Assembly (NCBI GenBank): GCA_963693095.2 | Contig: OY843768.1 | Coordinates: 320,001-384,000, forward strand | Source: Cenarchaeum sp. | Lineage (GTDB): Archaea > Thermoproteota > Nitrososphaeria > Nitrososphaerales > Nitrosopumilaceae | Length of the DNA stretch: 64,000 bases | Reading direction: 5' to 3' | In this document: in pieces, positions 9,683 through 17,127 of the stretch | How positions within the stretch are numbered: the first letter of the stretch is position 1 | How the letters are laid out: each line of letters begins with the position of its first letter | Notes under the pieces: model-generated | What the model was told of the DNA's origin: nothing | Databases searched by the model: none | What the model saw: the letters and a program-made list of their open reading frames with translations, nothing else | Translations under genes and position numbers: made by a program

Positions 9683-12643
9683 ATGTGGCATCTCGACTTG
9701 CACGCACCGTTGCACTATTGTCGATTGTGGTGTGTGCACTATCTTCCTTGGGGGGGGGGAGAGATGGACACATTTCCCAAAGCTCACGCAATAAACGCAG
9801 ACCGTGGTGATTTCATTCTTGAAGTGGAGCCCAGTCTGTCAGACCCTGACATTGCGCAATTTGTAAAGGAACTTGACTATTTTGAACTCCAGGTGGAGTT
9901 TCTTAACGACACGTTTGTCCTCCCATATGACCTCACAGTCAAGATTCTTGACTGTGGCGTAAGTAATGCTTTTTACGATCCGACAAACCATGAAGTGCAC
10001 ATGTGTTATGAGATTGTTCGCGACTTTATGCGCACTGCCTATGATCTTTACTACTATGACGATGATGCGGCACATGCTCACATACTTGACACAATTGATT
10101 TTGTGTTTTACCATGAGGTGGGCCACGCGCTGATTGACGCATACAACATACCTATTCTTGGGCGAGAAGAGAACACGGCTGACTCTTTTGCCGCATATGT
10201 TATCCTTGAATACACTGATAGTGATGGCCAATATATTGTGCTTGGTGCGGCCAAACAATTTCGGGCATGGGAAGAGGAACAGTCACACGACTATTCCGCA
10301 ATTCACAACCTACACATCCAGAGATTTTATGATCTTGCGTGCTATATGTACGGAAAGGATCCCGAAACAAGTGTCGCGTTGAGCACCGCATATTTGCTTC
10401 CTAGTGAAAGAAGAGACTACTGCCAATACGACTACGAGAAGCTCGTCAGGGATTGGGACGGCCTGCTGTACGCGTGGTCACACCAGTCTGAGGGCCCGCC
10501 AGTCTTGTCACTCGAGCTTGATCAGGCAGTCTATACCTGGTCTGACAGGGTCTACATCACGCTAATCGCACCTGACTACAATGTGGATTCCCGGTGGATT
10601 GAGCAGATTGGCGGGACGTCGCAGTTACACTCGATCAACATATCCACTGCAGAGGGCGGACTCCTGCAGGGTGTCGCCCTCACAGAAACCGGTACGGATA
10701 CTGGCATATTTTATGGGGAGATTACGCTCACGGGCTTTGCCCATGATGCTGACGGTGATCCGTCTACGGGCGACTCGGCCGGAAATGACATGCTTGGCCG
10801 GACGGTATCAGACACGCGCTCATCGGAGGGACAAATAGCGGCTGGTCGCAATGATAACATTACCGTCACGCTTGACTCCGTCTCTGGTGATGGCGCCACC
10901 GCAAGCGCACTGATAAGGTGGAATGTTGGTGACGTTGTGTGGGTTGCTGACACCTATGAGGCACTTGAGCGCGGGACGGTCAGGGTTGTTGATCCTGACA
11001 TGAACCTTGACCCCGGCAGGGCTGATGCCTTTGACGTGCACGTGCACTCTGACACTGATCCCGATGGGGCGACCCTAACCGTCACAGAAACGCATGACGC
11101 ATCGGGAATATTTGAGGCACGCGTAATGTTTGTGCTAACCGGCGAGTCCTCCGGCGACCAACTGCTGGTCGGCGGCGGGGATACCGTGACGGCCAGGTAT
11201 GTCGATCACACGCTCCCAGACCCGTTCACGACTGGTGATGACCTGCATGTCGAGAACACGGCACTAATTGACCGCGTTCCCGGCTATGTGACTACGACTA
11301 CGCCGCCAGAGCTGGCCGAACCTGATGTCCAGGAGCGGCCTGACCCACCGGCCGCCGATGCCCCGGTCGTCCACTCTGTGGCCTCAAATGCGGCATTCTA
11401 TGACCTGGATGACACAATCACGTTTAGCGGAACCACGCGTGGGACTGATGTTAGCCAAATAATCACTGTGGCCGTGCGGCATCCAGGGGGCAGCTCTGAG
11501 CTCCATGACGGAATATCCAACCCAGACGGCACGTTCGTCCTGTCCCCGCTGGTAGTGGGTGACACATTTGATGGCGTGGGCGTGTACACGATAATGGCGT
11601 TCACTAGTGGCCAGGATCTTGGCACGGCGGCAACAATGCAGATGGAGCATGACGGAAGCCGCATCAGTGTCACGCGCGGCAGTGTGGCGCCTACTGTATC
11701 GTCGGGTGGCAGTGTGCCAGACACACAGACTGCCGAGCCTGCGCCCGGAGAGACCCTAACTGGCCCGCATCCGGACTTTGCGCAATACATGTCACAGGGT
11801 GACAGTCCGGCAACATATGTTGACAGGTATGCATCAGATCCAGTGTACGCGGCATGGTTTGACGAAAACTTTTCGTCCATAACGGTGTGGCAGGCAGTTG
11901 GCTTGGTGTCACGCGACGGCCCGCATCCGGACTTTGCGCCACACATGTCGCAAGGTGACGATCCCGCCACATATGTTGCCAGGTACGCAGGCGACCCGTC
12001 ATACGCTGCATGGTTTGACGCAAGCTTTCCAGACATTACCATACGGCAGGCAGTTGGCCTTGTCGACGAGGACACTGGCGTGCCGGATCCGCCTCCGGCA
12101 CCACCCCCGGTACCGCAGGATTTGCCCGAGCCCGAGAGTGCCACCGTGGAGCCTGAGCCGGACACCGCAGCCCCTGTCACTCTCGAGTGCGGAACAGGAA
12201 CGGTGCTAAGTGATGGCAAGTGCGTGCCGGCTGCGCCACGCGCGTCAGGCGGCTGCCTCATCGCCACTGCCGCACACGGAACCGAGATGGCCGAGTCTGT
12301 GCAGTCACTTCGCGAGGTGCGTGATTCTGTGCTCCTCACCACTGCATCGGGCACGGCGTTCATGTCCGCATTCAACGGCGTCTACTATGCGTTCTCGCCG
12401 ACGGTTGCCGACTGGGAGACGCAGAGCCCCGAGCTGCGCCAGGCCGTGCGCGCGCTCATCGCTCCAATGGTCGCCTCGATGTCGCTAATGTCCGCAGTCG
12501 GGGCAGGCTCGGAGGCCGGCGTGATTGCAGTGGGCACGTTCGTCATCGCGCTAAACGCCATAATGTACGTCGGCGCTCCGGTGGCGCTCGCCGTTGCCCT
12601 GCGAAAGCTGTCCAGGATGCGCCGCTCCGGCCTGCTCGGTTAA
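9683..12643 (+). CDS. Surface-anchored multidomain protein: DUF4344-like Zn metallopeptidase, thaumarchaeal surface domains and CFI-box-type C-terminus; signal peptide frameshifted at a G10 tract
   Basis: CG..NAFYDP, HExxH (FYHEVGHALID), GREE..AD, QRFY..AC.MYG; TETG.DTGIF.G and V.DPDMNL.P surface domains; Pro-rich linker, CGTGT.L.DG.C, GGCLIATAAHGTEMA...LRE.RD, C-terminal TM and basic tail. The true start is probably GTG 9685 in the adjacent frame. Confidence 0.8.
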   Translation: MWHLDLHAPLHYCRLWCVHYLPWGGGEMDTFPKAHAINADRGDFILEVEPSLSDPDIAQFVKELDYFELQVEFLNDTFVLPYDLTVKILDCGVSNAFYDPTNHEVHMCYEIVRDFMRTAYDLYYYDDDAAHAHILDTIDFVFYHEVGHALIDAYNIPILGREENTADSFAAYVILEYTDSDGQYIVLGAAKQFRAWEEEQSHDYSAIHNLHIQRFYDLACYMYGKDPETSVALSTAYLLPSERRDYCQYDYEKLVRDWDGLLYAWSHQSEGPPVLSLELDQAVYTWSDRVYITLIAPDYNVDSRWIEQIGGTSQLHSINISTAEGGLLQGVALTETGTDTGIFYGEITLTGFAHDADGDPSTGDSAGNDMLGRTVSDTRSSEGQIAAGRNDNITVTLDSVSGDGATASALIRWNVGDVVWVADTYEALERGTVRVVDPDMNLDPGRADAFDVHVHSDTDPDGATLTVTETHDASGIFEARVMFVLTGESSGDQLLVGGGDTVTARYVDHTLPDPFTTGDDLHVENTALIDRVPGYVTTTTPPELAEPDVQERPDPPAADAPVVHSVASNAAFYDLDDTITFSGTTRGTDVSQIITVAVRHPGGSSELHDGISNPDGTFVLSPLVVGDTFDGVGVYTIMAFTSGQDLGTAATMQMEHDGSRISVTRGSVAPTVSSGGSVPDTQTAEPAPGETLTGPHPDFAQYMSQGDSPATYVDRYASDPVYAAWFDENFSSITVWQAVGLVSRDGPHPDFAPHMSQGDDPATYVARYAGDPSYAAWFDASFPDITIRQAVGLVDEDTGVPDPPPAPPPVPQDLPEPESATVEPEPDTAAPVTLECGTGTVLSDGKCVPAAPRASGGCLIATAAHGTEMAESVQSLREVRDSVLLTTASGTAFMSAFNGVYYAFSPTVADWETQSPELRQAVRALIAPMVASMSLMSAVGAGSEAGVIAVGTFVIALNAIMYVGAPVALAVALRKLSRMRRSGLLG
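9750..9759 (+). repeat. G10 homopolymer in the signal-peptide coding region
   Basis: TT GGGGGGGGGG AGAGATG; removing one G joins the signal-peptide frame to the main ORF. Confidence 0.9.
11762..12064 (+). repeat. Two 156-bp (52-aa) internal repeats
   Basis: GPHPDFA..MSQGD.PATYV.RYA.DP.YAAWFD..F..IT..QAVGLV starting at 11762 and 11918. Confidence 0.9.
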
Positions 12644-12652
12644 TATCGGGGA

Positions 12653-12834
12653 GATCCGCGCCGCTCGTGCGCCCTAGAGCAATGGCGCGCAGACGGATCG
12701 CCGTGACATGGCCGTCTTGGCCCGAGTGAGCCGCGATTCACCCAGGCGCGCCACAGAGGGTGCCCCGGTTAAGGAACCGGCCTAGGCAATTGGCTTGCCC
12801 GTGAGGCCGCGTCAGTCAGAGCCGGGGAACACTC
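12653..12834. ncRNA. Candidate structured ncRNA (three hairpins, each followed by ACA; H/ACA-guide-like)
   Basis: Intergenic stems GATCCG/CGGATC, TGGC-CGTCTTGG/CCAGGCG-GCCA and CCCCGG/CCGGGG (inner GGCCT/AGGCC). ACA at 12706, 12753 and 12829. Strand and family unproven. Confidence 0.35.
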
Positions 12835-12896
12835 TACGTCTCTGCGCCTGCGTGGCGCCGATTCGTTGATATAGCGGCGTGTCCCCACGCGGCGGC

Positions 12897-13136
12897 ATGG
12901 CGACAGCATACGTGCTCATCAACTGCGAGCTGGGCTCAGAAGAGGCCATCATACAGCAGCTAAAGGGCATAGAGGGCGTTCGCGAGGTTCACGGAACCTT
13001 TGGCGCCTATGACATCCTGGCAAAGATCGAGTCAGACACGGTCGTAAAGCTCCGCGAGACGATAACGTGGAAGATACGCAAGATCGAAAAGATTCGCTCG
13101 ACGCTCACGCTGATGGGCATCGAGGGTCAGAGCTAG
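12897..13136 (+). CDS. Lrp/AsnC ligand-binding (stand-alone RAM) domain protein
   Basis: MATAYVLINCELGSE...V.EVHGTFGAYDILAKIE...LRE.I..KIRKI..IRSTLTL; no HTH. TATA-like TTGATATA at ~12866-12873. Confidence 0.9.
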   Translation: MATAYVLINCELGSEEAIIQQLKGIEGVREVHGTFGAYDILAKIESDTVVKLRETITWKIRKIEKIRSTLTLMGIEGQS

Positions 13137-13173
13137 TCAGGCCTGAGGGCCGGCACCGGCGTGGACCAGGGGC

Positions 13174-13737
13174 TTGATTCTCCAATTTGTATTCATGGCG
13201 CACGGCGACGAGCTCGAGTCGCGCGCCGGCGAGCTCGAGTACGCGCGGCGCATGGCGCAGTTCTTCAAGTCGTGGATTGGGAATAACTTTGGGCGCGAGC
13301 TGGACGTTCGCTTTGACGCAATGACAGTCTCGCGCACCGGCCTGCTCGCGCGGCCCGGCGTGCACACCTTGTTGCAGGACCACAAGACGCGCGACGAGTC
13401 GACATGGCACTTTTACCTCGCAAACTTTAGGCCGTTCTGGACCGACTCGATGGCCGAAGGGTACCACTCGGAGAACATGTGCATGTCGATGTGGCGCAGG
13501 CCGCGCGGTGATGGCGAACACGTGGGGTATTTGGCAGAAAAGAACTGCACCGAGGTCTCATACGAGCTCGCACACGAGCTCCTGCGGCAGGCCGGACGGA
13601 GGGACTCCGTTGACGCGGTCAATGCGGCGTGGTCGAGGCACTTTTCTGGCGAGCTCCCCTTTGTTGCGTATGGCGCCGACCATGAAAGGACTGATGGCCC
13701 GCCAGAGTTCCTGACACTCGACGCGTCGCTTCTCTAG
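13174..13737 (+). CDS. Hypothetical protein
   Basis: Protein-like 187-aa ORF with host codon bias (WHFYLANFRPFWTD, YLAEKNC..VSYELAHELL). Start uncertain. Confidence 0.7.
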   Translation: MILQFVFMAHGDELESRAGELEYARRMAQFFKSWIGNNFGRELDVRFDAMTVSRTGLLARPGVHTLLQDHKTRDESTWHFYLANFRPFWTDSMAEGYHSENMCMSMWRRPRGDGEHVGYLAEKNCTEVSYELAHELLRQAGRRDSVDAVNAAWSRHFSGELPFVAYGADHERTDGPPEFLTLDASLL

Positions 13738-14366
13738 CACGACACAGTCGAGAATATGTTGTTCTCAAAGTTTGCCGCGCGAAACGCGATCGCGCCGTCT
13801 AGGCTCTTGCCCTTTATCTTTGATATTCGCGCAATTTCAGTCATTGCCTCCTCCCTGAACCCAACTGACGAGCAGTATGTCGCCTCCCCAAGCTGCGTTC
13901 CCTGGTCCCCGCGCTTTATGTCGTATGCGACCTCGTGCATTCGCGCCATGTCAGCCCTGCTGACGGGCCTGCCCGTTGCCTTGTTGAACGCAATTGCGAT
14001 ATAGACCCCGTTGCTCTTTACGGCGATTGGGATCTTGTGGTTCTTGCCGGACATGCCCTGTATCACCTCGTTTATGATGACCTCGCACCTGTGGTGCGTG
14101 CTAGAGACATACGCGTAAAACCTGTACGTCGCGTACCGGCCCGCGACGTCAAACTCGCCGTTGACAAACGTTCGGTACAGCGTCTCGAGGGCCTCCTTGT
14201 TTAGGCTCTGGAGCCTCTCGTCGACCCTGCCCCTCTCCTGGAGCGTCGACTTGCACTGCTTGGCGACTAGCCTGAGTATGAGGTCCGGGACGTTGTACTT
14301 GCGCAGGGCCGTGATATGCGCGCTCTCCTGCGTGACGCCAAACTTTGGAAATCCCGTGTTTACCAT
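13734..14366 (-). CDS. Hypothetical protein
   Basis: MVNTGFPKFGVTQ...IQGMSGKNHKIPIAVK; protein-like composition with a 4-nt convergent overlap. Start trimmed to ATG 14366. Confidence 0.75.
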   Translation of the reverse strand: MVNTGFPKFGVTQESAHITALRKYNVPDLILRLVAKQCKSTLQERGRVDERLQSLNKEALETLYRTFVNGEFDVAGRYATYRFYAYVSSTHHRCEVIINEVIQGMSGKNHKIPIAVKSNGVYIAIAFNKATGRPVSRADMARMHEVAYDIKRGDQGTQLGEATYCSSVGFREEAMTEIARISKIKGKSLDGAIAFRAANFENNIFSTVSC

Positions 14367-14517
14367 GTGTGTGTGACCCCGTGGTCGGTGGGCCGAGTGT
14401 GTGCTGCCATCCGCATATGCGCCGCGACGGGGCGCAATTGCGCTTATAATTGTTGGCTGCGGGACCGGCATGCGACCATACAAGCGTTAAATTCGGGTTC
14501 GCAGGCGCACGCTGACA

Positions 14518-16770
14518 ATGGAGATTGGGTGCAGCGCCGAGTCAGTCAGGGCAGTCTATGCGCGCCTCGCCGAGCGGGCCGACGCGTATGCGCGCCTCGT
14601 CGGCCGGCCGCTCTCGCTCTCTGAAAAGATACTCGCCGGCCACATGGCCAAAGCGCCATCCTCTGATCTCGACGGCAATGCCGGCGCGTATGCGTACCTG
14701 CAGCCTGACAGGGTCGCCCTCCAGGACGTCACGGGCCAGATGGTCATGCTGCAGTTCATGACGACCGGACTGGCGCGCGCCGCGCTGCCCACCACAATCC
14801 ACTGTGACCACCTGATCAGGGCAAGGGTCGACGGCGAGGCTGACATGGCCGAGTCACTCGGCGAGAACGACGAGGTCTTTCGCTTCCTCCAGTCGGCTGC
14901 CGCCGCATACGGCTGCGGGTTCTGGAGGCCCGGGGCCGGAATCATACACCAGGTCGTTCTCGAGAACTATGCGTTTCCCGGCGGCCTGATGATAGGGACC
15001 GACTCGCACACGCCCAACGCCGGCGGCCTCGGGATGGTCGCAGTCGGAGTCGGGGGCATCGATGCTGCCGAGGCGATGGCGGGGCTTCCATGGGAGGTTC
15101 GCTATCCGCAGCGGATAGGCGTGCGCCTGACGGGCCGGCTCGGGGGCTGGACTTCCCCAAAGGACGTCATACTGCGCGTCGCCGGCGAGCTCACGGTGTC
15201 TGGCGCGACTAATGCGATCGTGGAGTACTATGGGCCGGGCACCGAGTCGATCAGCTGCACGGGCAAGGCGACGATCACGAACATGGGCGCCGAGATCGGC
15301 GCGACGTGCTCTATATTTCCGTATGATGCCAGGATGCGCGACTACCTGCGCGCGACGCAAAGGGCCGACATCGCGGCCCTCGCCGACGCGCACGCGGGGC
15401 TCCTGCGCGCCGACGAGGGCGCACGCTATAACCGCACGCTAGAGATCGACCTCTCTGCCCTCGAGCCGCACGTCGTCGGGCCGCACACGCCAGACCTTGC
15501 GCGACCCATATCGCAGCTTGCGCGCGATGCCCGGGAGAACGAGTATGTCGAGGAGATATCTGCGGCCCTCATAGGGAGCTGCACAAACTCGTCGTACGAG
15601 GACATGACGCGCGCAGCCGGCGTGGCCGGCCAGGCCGCCTCGAGGGGAATCAGGGCCGCCACGCCGCTCCTCGTCACGCCGGGCTCCGAGCAGGTTCGCG
15701 CGACGATCGAGCGCGACGGCCAGATGGGCACGCTTCGCAGCATAGGGGCCACGGTCCTTGCCAACGCGTGCGGCCCGTGCATTGGCCAGTGGAGCCGGCC
15801 CGAGCTAGAGCGCTCGCGCAAGAACACCATCGTGACGTCCTTTAATCGCAATTTTCCCGGCCGCAACGACGGCAGCCGCGACACGATGAACTTTATCGCA
15901 AGCCCCGAGATAGTAGTCGCGCTCTCGCTTGCCGGACGCCTCTCGTTCAACCCGCTCACCGACACGCTCGAGGCCGCCGACGGGACGCGTGTTGCGCTCG
16001 AGGAGCCCGTGCCGGCACCAGACGTTCCGGAGGGCGGGTTTGTCCGCGGTGACGGCGCGTACGTCGCCCCGCCGGCCGGCGGCGCGCACACAATAGAGAT
16101 CGACGAGTCGAGCAAGAGGATCCAGGCGCTAAAGCCGTTTGCGGCCTGGAACGGCGGCGACCTCGTCGGCCTGCGCGTCATGCTCAGGGCGCAGGGCAAG
16201 TGCACAACAGACCACATATCGCCGGCCGGCCCCTGGCTCTCGTTTCGCGGACACCTCGACAACCTGAGTGACAACATGCTCCTTGGCGCCGTGAACGCGT
16301 TTGGCGGCCATGTCGGCAAGGGAACCAACGAGCTCAGCGGAAACGTAGAGCCCTTTCCGCAGATCGGCCGCGCGTATCGCGCCGCCGGAATCCAGTGGGC
16401 AATAGTCGGTGACTCGAACTATGGCGAGGGCAGCAGCAGAGAGCACGCGGCGATAACGCCGCGCTATCTCGGGTGTGCCGCAGTGATTGCGCGCAGCTTT
16501 GCGCGCATACACGAGACAAACCTCAAAAAGCAGGGCATACTGGCACTTGTGTTCTCTGATGCGTCTGACTATGACAGGATACTCGAGGGCGACACGCTTG
16601 ACCTGCTAGAGCTCGCCTCGATCGCGCCGTCGGCCCCCGTTCGCTGCGCAATAGGGCATGCCGATGGGAGCTCCGAGGAGATTGCGCTCTCGCACTCGTA
16701 CAACTCTACACAGCTCGAGTGGTTCCGTGCCGGCTCGGCGCTAAACGTCCTTCGCGCCGGCGCGCAATAG
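14518..16770 (+). CDS. acnA: Aconitate hydratase (mitochondrial-like AcnA family)
   Basis: PDRVALQD.TGQM, TIHCDHLI, GIIHQVVLENYAFPG, GTDSHT, Fe-S ligands IGSCTNSSYED and NACGPCIGQW, NRNF.GRND, KCTTDHISPAG, NYGEGSSREHAA, SFARIHETNLKKQG. Confidence 0.96.
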   Translation: MEIGCSAESVRAVYARLAERADAYARLVGRPLSLSEKILAGHMAKAPSSDLDGNAGAYAYLQPDRVALQDVTGQMVMLQFMTTGLARAALPTTIHCDHLIRARVDGEADMAESLGENDEVFRFLQSAAAAYGCGFWRPGAGIIHQVVLENYAFPGGLMIGTDSHTPNAGGLGMVAVGVGGIDAAEAMAGLPWEVRYPQRIGVRLTGRLGGWTSPKDVILRVAGELTVSGATNAIVEYYGPGTESISCTGKATITNMGAEIGATCSIFPYDARMRDYLRATQRADIAALADAHAGLLRADEGARYNRTLEIDLSALEPHVVGPHTPDLARPISQLARDARENEYVEEISAALIGSCTNSSYEDMTRAAGVAGQAASRGIRAATPLLVTPGSEQVRATIERDGQMGTLRSIGATVLANACGPCIGQWSRPELERSRKNTIVTSFNRNFPGRNDGSRDTMNFIASPEIVVALSLAGRLSFNPLTDTLEAADGTRVALEEPVPAPDVPEGGFVRGDGAYVAPPAGGAHTIEIDESSKRIQALKPFAAWNGGDLVGLRVMLRAQGKCTTDHISPAGPWLSFRGHLDNLSDNMLLGAVNAFGGHVGKGTNELSGNVEPFPQIGRAYRAAGIQWAIVGDSNYGEGSSREHAAITPRYLGCAAVIARSFARIHETNLKKQGILALVFSDASDYDRILEGDTLDLLELASIAPSAPVRCAIGHADGSSEEIALSHSYNSTQLEWFRAGSALNVLRAGAQ

Positions 16771-16780
16771 TGGTTGGATG

Positions 16781-16935
16781 TGGGGCCGACCGGAATCGAA
16801 CCGGCGACCTACGGGTCACTGCAGCTCCAAACCCACATCATCCCGTGATGGTCAGCAGTTCAGACTTTGACCTCTGGAGCCCCTAGCGGTGATCGCGTGC
16901 GTCACTGTCGCCCTACCGGACTAGGCTACGACCCC
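16781..16935 (-). tRNA. tRNA-Trp(CCA) with two introns
   Basis: Reverse strand: acceptor GGGGTCG/CGGCCCC+A, D arm, anticodon arm AC[24-nt intron]GGG-CT-CCA-G[57-nt intron]A-CCCGT, T arm GCCGG-TTCGATT-CCGGT. TATA-like TTAAAA at ~16963-16968 on the minus strand. Confidence 0.9.
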
Positions 16936-17053
16936 ACGATAGGGCGCCGCCGGATGCCGGGATTTTAAGCTATTTGGGCCACTCTGCGCCTGTGGTGCCA
17001 GAACCGGCCTTTCTCCTCCGCCGACGCCGTGCGGCCTGCCCTGGCCGTTTATT

Positions 17054-17067
17054 GGGGGGGGGGGGGG
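17054..17067 (+). repeat. G14 homopolymer upstream of the giant-gene promoter
   Basis: ATT G14 CGTTTT, ending ~27 nt before the TATA-like element. Confidence 0.9.
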
Positions 17068-17094
17068 CGTTTTCACCTTCAATTTCACGCCTAG

Positions 17095-17103
17095 TATTAT
17101 ATA
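17095..17103 (+). promoter_or_regulatory. Putative TATA box of the giant gene
   Basis: TATTATATA ~25 nt upstream of ATG 17128, the same leaderless spacing as other genes here. It sits within the imperfect palindrome TAGTAT-TAT-ATACTA. Confidence 0.6.
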
Positions 17104-17127
17104 CTATGATAACACCCGCGTGGCACA

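Noticed and set aside
9589-9810. Independent 73-aa gene
   Set aside because: Better explained as the displaced signal-peptide frame of the downstream peptidase gene.
12756-12834. Cobalamin riboswitch, SRP RNA or RNase P RNA identity for the intergenic structure
   Set aside because: Only superficial word matches. The B12-box, the SRP helix-8 motif and the RNase P GAGGAAAGUCC-type core were not found, and the downstream gene is not B12-related.
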